The notes below the pieces were generated by a model. The model was not told the origin of the DNA and did not search any database. It saw only the letters and a program-made list of their open reading frames with translations. A stretch of DNA of 64,000 nucleotides from contig OZ024741.1 of NCBI GenBank assembly GCA_964016885.1, positions 4,464,001 through 4,528,000 of the forward strand, given 5' to 3'. Both the position numbers and the translations under genes were made by a program. Of this stretch, positions 42,507 through 57,000 are shown piece by piece (position 1 is the stretch's first letter; every line of letters starts with the position of its first letter). Source of the DNA: Eledone cirrhosa. Its lineage: Eukaryota.

Positions 42507-43785
42507 CTAGCATTAAAGCCCGGCGTTGCTCGGGGTCATTAAGTTACCAAAGTTAGGTTGCACCACCCATTTTATGGCAGCACTTTTTTGTCTGCCAGGC
42601 ACTGGGTGAATGAATTGCAGACCTGGAAGCAGGAGCTGCGCCAGCAGTGACAATTGTAGTTTCGCCTCTGGATATTATTTCTGTGCAAAAAAGTGTCGAA
42701 ATTTTATTGTTTCACAGTACTTGCACAACACGCGCGTAGATGATGCCAGCCGAACAACAGAGCTGCGATGGAGTTGTTCTGCATGGTTGTCTGTGTGTTT
42801 TCTAAATTTAAGACAGTAGGGAGGGTTGGGATATGAGGGAGAGTTAGCTGTTGTTTCTAGCAGGTTTAGTGACCTCATAGAGGATATGTGTTTTCTAAAT
42901 TTAAGACAGTAGGGAGTGGTGTGATATGGAGGAGAGTTAGCTGCTGTTTCTAGCAGGTTTAGTGACCTCATAGAAGATATGTTTTCTAAATTTAAGACAG
43001 TAGGGATGGGTGTGATATGGGGGAGAGTTAGCTGCTGTTTCTAGCAGGTTTAGTAACCTCATAGAGGATGTGTTTTCTAAATTTAAGACAGTAGGGAGTG
43101 GTGTGATATGGGGGAGAGTTAGCTGCTATTTCTAGCAGGTTTATTTACCTCATAGAAGATATGTTTTCTAAATTTAAGACAGTAGGGAGGGGTGTGGTAT
43201 GGGGGAGAGTTAGCTGCTATTTCTAGCAGGTTTAGTGACCTCATAGAGGATATTATTGTTTATCATTATCTATAAAAGGCAGATTGTTGTTGTTGTTGTT
43301 GAAGTGAGTGTGTGTTTGTATGCGTTTGGAAAAGAGGTTTTAAAAAAGATTTCTCGCTTGTTGAATAAATGTATCTGTTGCTTTTGAATAATTGTCGTTT
43401 CGTATGAAATGTAATAATTTGAAGTATAAAAGAGAAAGTAGCAAAATGTGTGGGTTGTAGATAGAGAAAAGCAGATGATATGACAGAGTAAAACGGACAG
43501 TATCACCAAGCTTGGAAAGAGAAAGTAGCAGAAAGTATGAAGTTGTATAAATTTTAAATGGTAGTGGAAAGAGTTTAGCAGTTTAAATGACAGAGAAAAA
43601 TCGTAAAATATTGAGTTTTATCTATTTTTTGCGTAATTGTGGGTGAAATTGAAAAAATGAGATGTGCCAAGACGCAATCGAAACTATTTCGAATACTGAA
43701 TTGTAAATTTCAATTGAAGAAATTCTATATCGTAGATTTCTATAAGAAAGGAGCATGACCACACACTGAGCTTTATAGATTATGA
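42507..43785 (-). mobile_element. Non-autonomous Helitron-like element
   Basis: The minus-strand 3' end is the hairpin CCCG-AGCAACGC-CGGG followed by ...CTAG|T. The 5' TC lies at 43785 or 43779 in an A|T context. It contains an internal minisatellite. Confidence 0.65.
42796..43252. repeat. Minisatellite, 5 x ~91-93 bp
   Basis: TGTTTTCTAAATTTAAGACAGTAGGGA...TAGCAGGTTTAGTGACCTCATAG is repeated. Confidence 0.93.
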
Positions 43786-43996
43786 TATGCCTAATTTCAT
43801 TTACACTAGCAACTTTCATTTCTTTTCTTAAAAGACATTTGATACCTTATCCACTGATGGCCTATTTATTCATCTACTACCACAAACCTTAAGGATTTAT
43901 ACTGCCCCTTTCTATTCTTAACAATGGTCAATTTCAACCTGGTTATAAAACCTTACTTATTCATATGTATGGTTTTTTTTGTATTCTTCAATAAAC

Positions 43997-44151
43997 AAAA
44001 CTCATTATTTCTGAAGATGGCGGGTGGTGAAGACGTATGTATCTTTTTCTTACTATGATATTTTGTAATATGTTTTACATAGATCAATAATTGAATGAAC
44101 ATACAGGGAACTACCCCCCCCCCCAGAAACGATCGTAAAATAATGAGTTTT
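43997..44151 (+). ncRNA. Type I hammerhead with 108-nt rod-like stem II
   Basis: 14-bp stem I AAAACTCATTATTT/AAATAATGAGTTTT, CTGAAGA at 44011-17, GAAA-CGATCG-TA. Nested pairs TGG/CCA, GGTGGT/ACTACC, GTATGT/ACATAC, CTATG/CATAG and ATATT/AATAT. Confidence 0.82.
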
Positions 44152-44383
44152 ACTATGAATTAACAGTTTTGTGTTTAATTTCAATGTTTTAATATTTCTA
44201 TTTTGACTCTGTATCCAATTGAATTATATCGTTGATAAAATTTTTGTATTTTAAACTTTGCTTCACGACATCTTCTACATACGGATTACATTGAGTTCTT
44301 TATACGGTTTAGACCCTACCATTGAATGGTAGATTTATCTGTATAAATATATATATATATAAATAAATATATATATATATATA

Positions 44384-44513
44384 TAGGAAAGGCATCCAGC
44401 CGTAGAAAACCCGCCAGACAGTCCTGAGCAAGACAACCAATCTTGCCTCAAGTGGACAATTCCCGTCCAGACCCATGCTAGCGTGGAAAATGGACGTTAA
44501 ACGATGATGATGA

Positions 44514-44517
<4 letters not shown>
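44384..44517 (+). mobile_element. Diverged RTE 3'-end stub
   Basis: GGCATCCAGCCGTAGAAAACCCGCCAGACAGTCC...GGACGTTAAACGATGATGAT. Confidence 0.85.
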
Positions 44518-44545
<28 letters not shown>

Positions 44546-44548
<3 letters not shown>

Positions 44549-45331
44549 AGAGTTAAACAAGGTTCAATGAATACATCAAAGAATGAGTTTTACAATAGAT
44601 TGGAAGTACTCAACAGAAAATGTTTTCCAGAGTTATTAATATATGGTTTGCCCGCCCCTGCGTCTGTAGCAGTAAGAACAGCAATAGCTAATCTATTTTT
44701 TAAAGCTTTAGATAGTTCATTCCCTAGTCAACATAAATACCACGCCATATTTAATAGACACACAATTAAATTGTCTTATTCTACAACTATGAATCTGGCC
44801 CAAAATATCTCTAAAATAAACAGTATAATTCTAAATCAAAATCAACATAATGATATTAATAATAGTGTTAATATAAATAATAATAAATCAAAATGTAATT
44901 GTAGAAATAAACCAGATTGCCCTCTGCAAAATAATTGTCTGGATAGAAATCTGGTGTATAAATGCACTGTAAAAACAAATAACACATACAACTACATAGG
45001 AGCAACTTCTTCGACATTTAAATCGAGATTTGCGAATCACAAATGCTCATTTTCGAATTTTAATAGGAAGTCTTCGACTTCTTTATCACAGCTTATATGG
45101 TCATTAAAAGACAAAAATTTAAAATACTTGATCTTTTGGACGAAGCTTTGTAATAGTGGAATTTATACAAACTCTTCAATATCAATTAACTGCAACCTCT
45201 GTACAAAGACCCTATTAATAATTAATAATTATGAAAACTTAATTAACAAAAAAAGTGAATTATTCTCAAACTGCCTTCATAAAGCCTTGTCTACATTCCA
45301 AGCCTCGCAAAAAGTCTGGAAAAAACAGTAA
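44546..45331 (+). pseudogene. Degenerate PLE GIY-YIG region
   Basis: FPSQHKYHAIFNRHTIKLSYS, CNCRNKPDCPLQNNCL, LVYKC, NYIGAT, FKSRFANH, CNLC, LINKKSEL, CLH. The IWFA motif is out of frame and the Glu after CxLC is missing. Confidence 0.8.
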
Positions 45332-46587
45332 ACAATCAGGCCTGATTGTTGACGCCTATTATCAACTGTTGAACATATGAGTCATAACGGTTTATAAAAC
45401 TTTAATAATATTTTGTCTGCTAATCATTTATAATAGAATTAACGTTTGAATGAAGGACACTTGTTTGATAACTTGTTTACTTGATAGATATACATACCCT
45501 ATGATTTTGGGGATATTTATAACTTTGATTCAGATCTTTATTTATCTGTCTCTGTTTTAAATATATAGTTTGGATATTTAACTTGTAAATTTACTGATTA
45601 TAATTTGAACTGTGGATCATTCATGCATTTGCATATTTTATATATATATATTTTACTCATTTTGAGTAGGTTTCTGGGGACTCAGAAAGTTGTATTTGCA
45701 CTGGGTTTTTTATGTATATCTAGGTATAAATTTGACAAACCATAATAACTGACTAATATTGGTCTATCTCTCCACTGAATTGGAGGTAAAACTACAATTG
45801 TAGCATTACTAACAATGATTATAATTGTTTTGTTTTTTTGTTAAATGTATACCGTTTCATTAATACCTATAATTATATCTATATATAGTTGTACAAATAT
45901 CTTTATCTAGTGTAATAATATAATCGTAGTTATATTTATAAATAATTTAGACACTCAAATGACTTTATAATGTTATGAGTGTTTGGTATTCCCAGGAAGG
46001 TTGAACTTATAATATAATATAATTTAATTTAACTTATTTTGTTTTATTCTATTTTAATTAAATTTAGATTACCTTCAGCCTTTTCAAATATTCAGCGCTT
46101 CTTTATATCACATTTGCTAAAATATTTTAGAGATATCTTTTATATACTTTATTAAAACCCTATTGCATTTATTTCTAATTTTGGGCATCTTTAAATTTCA
46201 CAAATAATTCATTTTCTTTTATTTGCATATTTATTTTGTATCTAGCCCCTATCACTAGGACTTATAGTTTTGACTTATATCTTTATAGTATATATCAACT
46301 AAATGAAAATAATTGATATAAATCATTAATTCTTTAACAATATTTTTAACTATGTATATCTTTGAGCAATATCTTCAGGAAATGATTTACTATATTGCAA
46401 TATAATAATAATAATAATATATTATTTATATTTGAAAGGTATCACCTCAACTATGAACAAATAATAAACTATAATCTTGGTATTTTATGATCAATGCATA
46501 TATATGGTTGAAAATTCTGACTTCTTTAAGTTTAATTATAAGGCCAGTTGATACTTTAGGCACTCAAACTATTTAACAATAAATTCT

Positions 46588-46919
46588 TTCATTTCATTTT
46601 ATGTCCGCTTTTCCCTGCTTGCAAGGGTGGGACGGGAACTGATTCTGGCTTGATTTCTACAGCTGGATGCCCTTCCTAACACCAACCTCATTTACAGTGA
46701 GTGCTGGGTGCTTTTTTGCCGTGGCACCTCCACGACCACTTTGCAGTGGAATGATATGGACCCTAGTCCCTATCATCTCATTTCTACAGCTGAGTAAACT
46801 GGAGCAATGTGAAATAAAGTGTCTTTCTCAAGGAAACAACACATCACCTGGTCTGAGAATTGAACTCGCAACCTTTCGATTGCAAGGCCAATGCTCTAAC
46901 CACTGAGCCATGTGCCTCC
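46588..46919 (-). mobile_element. tRNA-derived SINE, full length
   Basis: Homologous to 20415-20727, with a short duplication of its 5' end at 46920-46928. Confidence 0.88.
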
Positions 46920-47031
46920 ATGTGCCTCTTTAATAATTATAACTACAATTATCTTATAAATTATATTATAGAAACTGTTGTCAATATTATAAGTAATTTT
47001 GGTAAAGATTACCTTCGTGAGGATATAAAAC

Positions 47032-47078
<47 letters not shown>

Positions 47079-47622
47079 TTTTCTCGTGTTTTGTAAATCC
47101 TTTAAATTTGTTTTCATAAAATTTGAATTTTAGAAATTTAACATAATTATATTATAATATTAATACAAATACCTATTAACTTTTAAAACCTAACATGATT
47201 CTTTACCCTGAAATAACATAAATTAAATATTTTGAAAATTAACCGCCAACTATATTATATAGAATTCTGTGTGTGTAGAAACTTGAACATAAATTACTCC
47301 CCTTTGTCTCTCTCTCTCTAATCAGCTTTCATCTGTCTTCTCAAGCGACTTACTAAATATATCACATCAGCTGTTTCTTCCTCTATGCTTTCTTTTCCCT
47401 CCTCTTTCTCGAGTAGTTTTTAAAAATGAAAAAAATTTTATAACTGTTATATTGATGCCGTGTATTTCTTAAAATCTATTACATACACCCTCTCTATTAT
47501 TTGTATTACGTTATCTCATGTTCTCAATATTAGGGTATAAATATTGAGTTTTGTCATAAGTTAATCACTACCTTGATCGAATCTTAACCATCTACCATGT
47601 CAGGGTATGTCATGTATCGTTT

Positions 47623-47689
47623 TATTTTATCTGATGAGGTCGTACTGTTGAACTTAACTCAGTACCTCTGAAATATGTATAATAAAATA
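47623..47689 (+). ncRNA. Type I hammerhead
   Basis: TATTTTAT-CTGATGA-ggtc-GTACTG-loop-CAGTAC-ctct-GAAA-TATGTA-TA-ATAAAATA. Confidence 0.8.
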
Positions 47690-48037
47690 TAATTGATCAC
47701 AAGAATATCTATTTTGTTAATATTTTGAATTAATATATATATATATATAGATATATGTAGATATGTATGTATATATATATATATATATATATATAGATAT
47801 ATCTATCTCTATATATATATATAGATATATATATAGATATATTTGAAAAAAAGGAAAAGAATGACTTCACTTGTAGTGTTAAATAATTTGATTTAATTTT
47901 ATAATATAATATTATGAGTTGGTAGATCTAGTAAGTTGTTTAACTTCGGTGGGAAGAATTTGAAAGATTTCTGGTTAACTTTCTTGGAGAACTTTCTCTT
48001 ATTTGTCGGTGGCGATTGTCAAACTGAGATCTTTTAT

Positions 48038-48110
<73 letters not shown>

Positions 48111-48115
<5 letters not shown>

Positions 48116-48340
48116 GGTATCCCCCTCCCCCAAATATGTATACACACTTTGATTACCTGTACAGGCAATATCTATTAGAATGCACAGCCTTTCCCCAAAA
48201 TAAAATGATCTGGACATAATTCAATTGTATGTAAACACCCAAAAATGTTTACATAATTTGAATAATACATATAAAACAATTTATTCTAATGCATTTTTTT
48301 TTGCTGTTTAAGTGTGTATACATTTTTTGGGACACCGTGT
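48111..48340. mobile_element. Tc1/mariner-like MITE remnant
   Basis: The right end reverse-complements to TACACGGTGTCCCAAAAAATGTATACACACTT. The left end retains ATGTATACACACTT (48136-49). Confidence 0.55.
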
Positions 48341-48991
48341 ATATATATATATAAGAATTTTATTAAATTGTACTTTTAAAAACCTTATCTTGCGAAAGAC
48401 CTGTATATTTTCGTGGAAACAAGTTTGGGAAAGCTGAACTATAAGCCCATACACAGACCACCAGACCCCCCCCCCCCACACTCCACCAAACCACCAGACA
48501 CACACACCACCATCACCCCCACGGTTTACAAACAAACCGAGCATCATAATAAATGCTCGGTAAATCCATACGTACATATATCTGTGTGCATGTATGTATA
48601 TATATTATATATATATATAATCCACACGCCACCTCTCCCACCCCTGACCCCTCCCCTTCCACACGCACGCACACACCGACTTACACCCCACCCCACGCCT
48701 TTTCCTGAACATGGAACCTCGTTCTTCCTCAAACTCTCATATACACACGCGCACACACTCATGTACACCTACACACATACACAAACACCACCTTCAGCCT
48801 TCCTCGCTTCGACCCCCCGCCTCCCTATCCCAACTCCACCCTCCACCACCCTTACACGCCTCACACCCTTCCACCACTTGTTCATCTTATTGTTCATCCT
48901 TGTTTATTTTTATGTTTATTTTTATTTGATCTCCTTCCCCCTTTTTTAAATGTATTTCACCCTCTGAACTCTCTTCCTAACCTATTTACTC

Positions 48992-49019
48992 TTGAAGAAG
49001 GGCTTATGCCCGAAACGTC
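48992..49019 (+). ncRNA. Degenerate PLE-type minimal hammerhead
   Basis: TTGAAGA-a-GGGC-ttat-GCCC-GAAA-CG-TC followed by AATAAA at ~49049. Stem I does not pair. Confidence 0.45.
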
Positions 49020-49124
49020 CCCCTTCCCACTCTCAAAAGCGTGAACCTAATAAACCTTTATTTGTCTGCCTCTCTGTTTTGTTCCCGTATAAATTTGCAC
49101 TATATATATATATATATATATATA

Positions 49125-49704
49125 TATTGTGCTGTGCTTTCTAGCAAAAAGCCACCAGCCGTAAGCAACTACCACACTCCTTCCAACCTGACCGCTGCTA
49201 CGTCACGATTCTTAGCCATTTTTGAATGTATTCTTGGCGCGATCACTTTGGAAAATTTATTGTCTAGATTAGAGCAAACTCCTGAAGAGTCCGATGCTCG
49301 AATTTCCGAAGATATTGGAAATCTCAAAATGCGGACGAAACCATGGTAGAGGTAAATAAATGTATTCTCTTTTCTCCTAGTTTATTTTACACCTAATTCT
49401 GTTTAATTGACTATCTGGGCGATTATGCTGTCGAAATATTCGATAAATATTCCGTCGTAGCCGACGCGAAGGGCTAGTTTCGGTTATTTGTTGGAGATTT
49501 CTTCATAGAAGCCTTATTCTTATAGCCTGGTCTATTCGATTTTTTATATAGTTAATTATGCTAATTGGGAGAGGAAATGGTATATATTTTATCTGGTGAT
49601 TCTATAGACATGTTTTATGATATATAGCTCTGATTATTTAATTTATTAACTTTTCATTGAGCCACAAAGTGACCCGTTGCCAAACACGTATATGTATATA
49701 TGTA

Positions 49705-49768
<64 letters not shown>

Positions 49769-50313
49769 TTTATATGTAATAATCTCCCATTAGGTTGAGA
49801 TACAAATTTGGCTGTATTGTGCTGTGCTTTCTAGCAAAAAGCCACCAGCCATAAGTAACTACCACACTCCTTCCAACCTGACCGCTGCTACGTCACGATT
49901 CTTAGCCATTTTTGAATGTATTCTTGGCGTGATCACTTTGGAAAATTTATTGTCTAGATTAGAGCAAACTCCTGAAGAGTCCGATGCTCGAATTTCCGAA
50001 GATATTGGAAATCTCAAAATGCGGACGAAACCATGGTAGAGGTAAATAAATGTATTCTCTTTTCTCCTAGTTTATTTTACACCTAATTCTGTTTAATTGA
50101 CTATCTGGGCGATTATGCTGTCGAAATATTCGATAAATATTCCGTCGTAGCCGACGCGAAGGGCTAGTTTCGGTTATTTTTTGGAGATTTCTTCATAGAA
50201 GCCTTATTCTTATAGCCTGGTCTATTCGATTTTTTATATAGTTAATTATGCTAATTGGGAGAGGAAATGGTATATATTTTATCTGGTGATTCTATAGACA
50301 TGTTTTATGATAT

Positions 50314-50314
<1 letters not shown>
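49125..50314 (+). mobile_element. Two ~500-bp direct copies (period 690) containing a Helitron-like 3' end
   Basis: 49125-49624 matches 49815-50314. Each has the hairpin CGTCG-tagc-CGACG followed by GGGCTAG|T (49477, 50167). Confidence 0.6.
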
Positions 50315-50352
<38 letters not shown>

Positions 50353-50415
50353 ATGTGTGTGTGTGTATATGTGTATATATACGTGTGTGTGTGTGTATAT
50401 ATGTGTGTGTGTATA

Positions 50416-50463
<48 letters not shown>

Positions 50464-50539
50464 ATGTATTAGCGTAATAACAAAAATAAACTAAAGAAGA
50501 AAACTGGTGACCAATATTGAATGACGAGAGATCAGACCA

Positions 50540-51051
50540 CAACTACTACTGCTACCACTACTACTGCTACCACTACTGCTGCCACTACACCTACCACCAC
50601 CGGTACTACAACTGCTACACCACCACCTCACATACCACCACCGGTACTACAACTACTTCCACCACACCTACCACCTCTCATACCACCACCGGTACTACAA
50701 CTACTACACCGCCACCGGTATTACAACTACTACACCACCACCTCTCATACCACCACCGGTACTACAACTATTACACCGCCACCGGTATTACAACTACTAC
50801 ACCACCACCTCTCATAATTCACACCCAGCCCTCACACTTAGCTGTTTTATATGACACCATCATTCATTGTTCGTTAACGTATTTACGTTAGTTTATAGTG
50901 AGCCGCTACTGTTACTACTACTGCTACTACTGTGGTGGCTACTACTGTTACTACTACTACCACTACTAATACTACTGGGGTGGCTCAATACACTACTACT
51001 ACTACTACTACTGTGGTGACTCAATACACTACTACTACTACTGTGGTGGCT
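50540..51051. repeat. (ACT)/(ACC)-rich degenerate minisatellites
   Basis: CACCACCGGTACTACAACTACT units at 50590-50815 and (ACT)n-GTGGTGGCT units at 50905-51051. Confidence 0.85.
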
Positions 51052-54000
51052 AATCAAACACACCATACTACCAATCTAGGACACTATACTACCAATCTAG
51101 AACACTATACTACCAATCTAAGACACTATACTACCAATCTAAGACACTATACTACCAATCTAAGACACTATATTACCAATCTAGGACACTATACTACCAA
51201 TCTAAGACACCATACTACCAATCTAAGACACGATACTACCGATCTAAGACACCATACTACCAATCTAAGACACCATACTACCAATCTAAGACACTATACT
51301 ACCAATCTAAGACACTATACTACCAATCTAAGACACTATACTACCAATCTAAGACACTATGCTACCAATCTAAGACACTATACTACCAATCTAAGACACT
51401 ATACTACCAATCTAAGACACTATACTACCAATCTAGGACACTATGCTACCAATCTAAGACATGATACTACCAATATAAGACACCATAGTACCAATCTAAG
51501 ACACCATACTACCACCCTAAGACACCATACTACCAATCTAAGACACGATACTACCAATCTAAGACACGATACTACCAATCTAAGACACTATACTACCAAT
51601 CTAAGACGCGATACTACCAATCTAAGACACCATACTACCAATCTAAGACACGATACTACCAATCTAAGACACTATACTACCAATCTAAGACACGATACTA
51701 CCAATCTAAGACACGATACTACCAATCTAAGACACGATACTACCAATCTAAGACACTATACTACCAATCTAAGACGCGATACTACCAAGCTAAGACACCA
51801 TAGTACCAATCTAAGACACCATACTACCACTCTAAGACACTATACTACCAATCTAAGACACTATACTACCAATCTAAGACACTATACTACCAATCTAGGA
51901 CACTATGCTACCAATCTAAGACATGATACTACCAATATAAGACACCATACTACCAATCTAAGACACGATACTACCAATCTAAGACACGATACTACCAATC
52001 TAAGACACTATACTACCAATCTAAGACACTATACTACCAATCTAAGACGCGATACTACCAATCTAAGACACCATACTACCAATCTAAGACAATACTACCA
52101 ATCTAAGACACCATACTACCAATCTAAGACACCATACTACCAATCTAAGACGCGATACTACCAATCTAAGACACTATACTACCAATCTAAGACGCGATAC
52201 TACCAATCTAAGACACTATACTACCAATCTAAGACGCGATACTACCAATCTAAGACACTATACTACCAATCTAAGACACCATACTACCAATCTAAGATAC
52301 TATACTACCAATCTAAGACACTATACTACCAATCTAGGACACCATACTACCAATCTAAGACACCATACTACCAATCTAAGACACCATACTACCAATCTAA
52401 GACACCATACTACCAATCTAAGACACTATACTACCAATCTAAGACACTATACTACCAATCTGAGACGCGATACTACCAATCTAAGACGCGATACTACCAA
52501 TCTAAGACACTATACTACCAATCTAAGACACTATACTACCAATCTAAGACGCGATACTACCAATCTAAGACACCATACTACCAATCTAAGACACCATACT
52601 ACCAATCTAGGACACTATCCTACCAATCTAAGTCACCATATAACCAATCTAAGACATCAGACTACCAATCTAAGACACTATACTACCAATCTAAGACACT
52701 ATACTACCAATCTAAGACACGATACTACCAAGCTAAGACACCATACTACCAATCTAGGACACCATACTACCAATCTAGGACACTATACTACCAATCTAAG
52801 ACACTATACTACCAATCTAAGACACTATACTACCAATCTAAGACACGATACTACCAAGCTAAGACACCATACTACCAATCTAGGACACTATACTACCAAT
52901 CTAAGACACCATACTACCACTCTAAGACACTATACTACCAATCTAAGACACTATACTACCAATCTAAGACACTATACTACCAATCTAAGACACTATACTA
53001 CCAATCTAAGACACTATACTACCAATCTAAGACACTATACTACCAATCTAAGACACTATAAAACCAATCTAAGACACGATACTACCACTCTAGGACACTA
53101 TACTACCAATCCAAGACACCATACTACCGATCTAAGACACTATACTACCAATCCAAGACACTATACTACCAATCCAAGACACTATACTACCAATCCAAGA
53201 CACCTTACTACCAATCTAAGACACCATACTACCAATCTAAGACACTATACTACCAATCTAAGACACTATACTACCAATCTAAGACACCATACTACCAATC
53301 TAAGACACCATACTACCAATCTAAGACACCATACTACCAATCTAAGACACCATACTACCAATCTAAGACACCATACTACCAATCTAAGACACCATACTAC
53401 CAATCTAAGACACCATGCTACCAATCTAAGACACCATACTACCAATCTAAGACACCATACTACCAATCTAGGACACTATACTACCAATCTAAGACTCCAT
53501 ACTACCAATCTAAGACACGATACTACCAATCTAAGACACGATACTACCAATCTAAGACACGATACTACCAATCTAAGACACTATACTACCAATCTAAGAC
53601 ACCATGCTACCAATCTAAGACACACTACTACCAATCTAAGACACTATACTACCAATCTAAGACACCATACTACCAATCTAGGACACTATGCTACCAATCT
53701 TAGACACCATACTACCAATCAAAGACACTATACTACCAATCAAAGACACTATACTACCAATCTAAGACACTATACTACCAATCTAAGACACGATACTACC
53801 AATCTAAGACACCATACTACCAATCTAAGACACTATACTACCAATCTAGGACACTACTACCAATCTAGGACACTATACTACCAATCTAAGACATGATACT
53901 ACCAATCTAAGACACCATACTACCAATCAAAGACACTATACTACCAATCTAAGACACTATACTACCAATCTAAGACACTATACTACCAATCTAAGACACT

Positions 54001-57000
54001 ATACTACCAATCTAAGACACGATACTACCAAGCTAAGACACCATACTACCAATCTAGGACACTATACTACCAATCTAAGACACCATACTACCAATCTAAG
54101 ACACCATACTAGCAATCTAAGACACCATACTACCAATCTAAGACACCATACTACCAATCTAAGACACCATACTACCAATCTAAGACACTATACTACCAAT
54201 CTAAGACACTATACTACCAATCTAAGACACTATACTACCAATCTAAGACACGATACTACCACTCTAGGACACTATACTACCAATCCAAGACACCATACTA
54301 CCAATCTAAGACACTATACTACCAATCCAAGACACTATACTACCAATCCAAGACACCTTACTACCAATCTAAGACACCATACTACCAATCTAAGACACTA
54401 TACTACCAATCTAAGACACCATACTACCAATCTAAGACACCATACTACCAATCTAAGACACCATACTACCAATCTAAGACTCCATACTACCAATCTAAGA
54501 CACCATACTACCAATCTAAGACACCATACTACCAATCTAAGACACCATACTACCAATCTAAGACACCATACTACCAATCTAAGACACCATACTACCAATC
54601 TAAGACACCATACTACCAATCTAAGACACCATACTACCAATCTAGGACACTATACTACCAATCTAGGACACTATACTACCAATCTAAGACACTATACTAC
54701 CAATCTAAGACACTATACTACCAATCTAAGACACTATACTACCAATCTAAGACACCATGCTACCAATCTAAGACACCATGCTACCAATCTAAGACACCAT
54801 GCTACCAATCTAAGACACACTACTACCAATCTAAGACACTATACTACCAATCTAAGATACTATACTACCAATCTAGGACACTATGCTACCAATCTAAGAC
54901 ACCATACTACCAATCAAAGACACCATACTACCAATCAAAGACACTATACTACCAATCTAAGACACTATACTACCAATCTAAGACACGATACTACCAATCT
55001 AAGACACCATACTACCAATCTAAGACACTATACTACCAATCTAGGACACTATACTACCAATCTAAGACACCATACTACCAATCTAAGACACCATACTACC
55101 AATCTAAGACACCATACTACCAATCTAAGACACCATACTACCAATCTAAGACACCATACTACCAATCTAAGACGCGATACTACCAATCTAAGACACCATA
55201 CTACCAATCTAAGACACCATACTACCAATCTAAGATACTATACTACCAATTTAAGATACTATACTACCAATTTAAGACACTATACTACCAATCTAGGACA
55301 CCATACTACCAATCTAAGACACCATACTACCAATCTAAGACACCATACTACCAATCTAAGACACCATACTACCAATCTAAGACGCGATACTACCAATCTA
55401 AGACACCATACTACCAATCTAAGACACCATACTACCAATCTAAGATACTATACTACCAATTTAAGACACTATACTACCAATCTAGGACACCATACTACCA
55501 ATCTAAGACACCATACTACCAATCTAAGACACCATACTACCAATCTAAGACACTATACTACCAATCTAAGACGCGATACTACCAATCTAAGACACTATAC
55601 TACCAATCTAAGACGCGATACTACCAATCTAAGACACCATACTACCAATCTAAGACACCATACTACCAATCTAAGACACCATACTACCAATCTAAGACAC
55701 CATACTACCACTCTAAGACACGATACTACCAATCTAAGACACCATACTACCAATCTAGGACACTATACTACCAATCTAAAACACCATACTACCACTCTAA
55801 GACACCATACTACCACTCTAAGACACTATACTACCAATCTAAGACACTATACTACCAATCTAAGACACTATACTACCAATCTAAGACACTATACTACCAA
55901 TCTAAGACACTATACTACCAATCTAAGACACTATACTACCAATCTAAGACACTATACTACCAATCTAAGACACTATACTACCAATCTAAGACACTATACT
56001 ACCAATCTAAGACACTATACTACCAATCTAAGACACGATACTACCACTCTAGGACACTATACTACCAATCTAAGACACTATGCTACCAATCTAAGACACT
56101 ATACTACCACTCAAAGACACTATACTACCACTCAAAGACACTATACTACCAATCTAAGACACTATACTACCAATCTAGGACACTATGCTACCAATCTAAG
56201 ACATGATACTACCAATATAAGACACCATACTACCAATCTAAGACACCATACTACCACTCTAAGACACTATACTACCAATCTAAGACACTATACTACCAAT
56301 CTAAGACACTATACGACCAATCTAAGACACTATACTACCAATCTAAGACACTATAATACCAATCTAAGACACTATACTACCAATCTAAGACACCTTACTA
56401 CCAATCTAAGACACCTTACTACCAATCTAAGACACCATACTACCAATCTAAGACACCATACTACCAATCTAAGACACCATACTACCAATCTAAGACACCA
56501 TACTACCAATCTAAGACACCATACTACCAATCTAAGACACCATACTACCAATCTAAGACACCATACTACCAATCTAAGACACCATGCTACCAATCTAAGA
56601 CACCATACTACCAATCTAAGACAACATACTACCAATCTAGGACACTATACTACCAATTTAAGACTCCATACTACCAATCTAAGACACGATACTACCAATC
56701 TAAGACACTATACTACCAATCTAAGACACCATGCTACCAATCTAAGACACACTACTACCAATCTAAGACTATACTACCAATCTAAGACACCATACTACCA
56801 ATCTAGGACACTATGCTACCAATCTAAGACACCATACTACCAATCAAAGACACTATACTACCAATCAAAGACACTATACTACCAATCTAAGACACTATAC
56901 TACCAATCTAAGACACTATACTACCAATCTAAGACACTATACTACCAATCTAAGACACTATACTACCAATCTAAGACACTATACTACCAATCTAAGACAC

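Larger units (their letters stand above)
40547..44342 (+). mobile_element. 5'-truncated Naiad-like PLE interrupted by an RTE piece and a Helitron
   Basis: GIY-YIG frame, hammerhead at 43997-44151, and a tail homologous to 4367-4500, ending GTAGATTTATCTG at (TA)n. Confidence 0.75.
44546..47732 (+). mobile_element. 5'-truncated Naiad-like PLE with long AT-rich 3'UTR and terminal hammerhead
   Basis: GIY-YIG frame to 45331, hammerhead at 47623-47689, and (TA)n on both sides. Continuity of the UTR is inferred. Confidence 0.65.

Noticed and set aside
49041-50039. Duplicated ~70-aa ORF (LSSKKPPAV...MRTKPW) followed by GAG/GTAAAT as a host exon
   Set aside because: It has no recognisable domain, the stop precedes the donor-like site, and it lies within a duplicated Helitron-like unit. 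A captured fragment cannot be excluded without a search.
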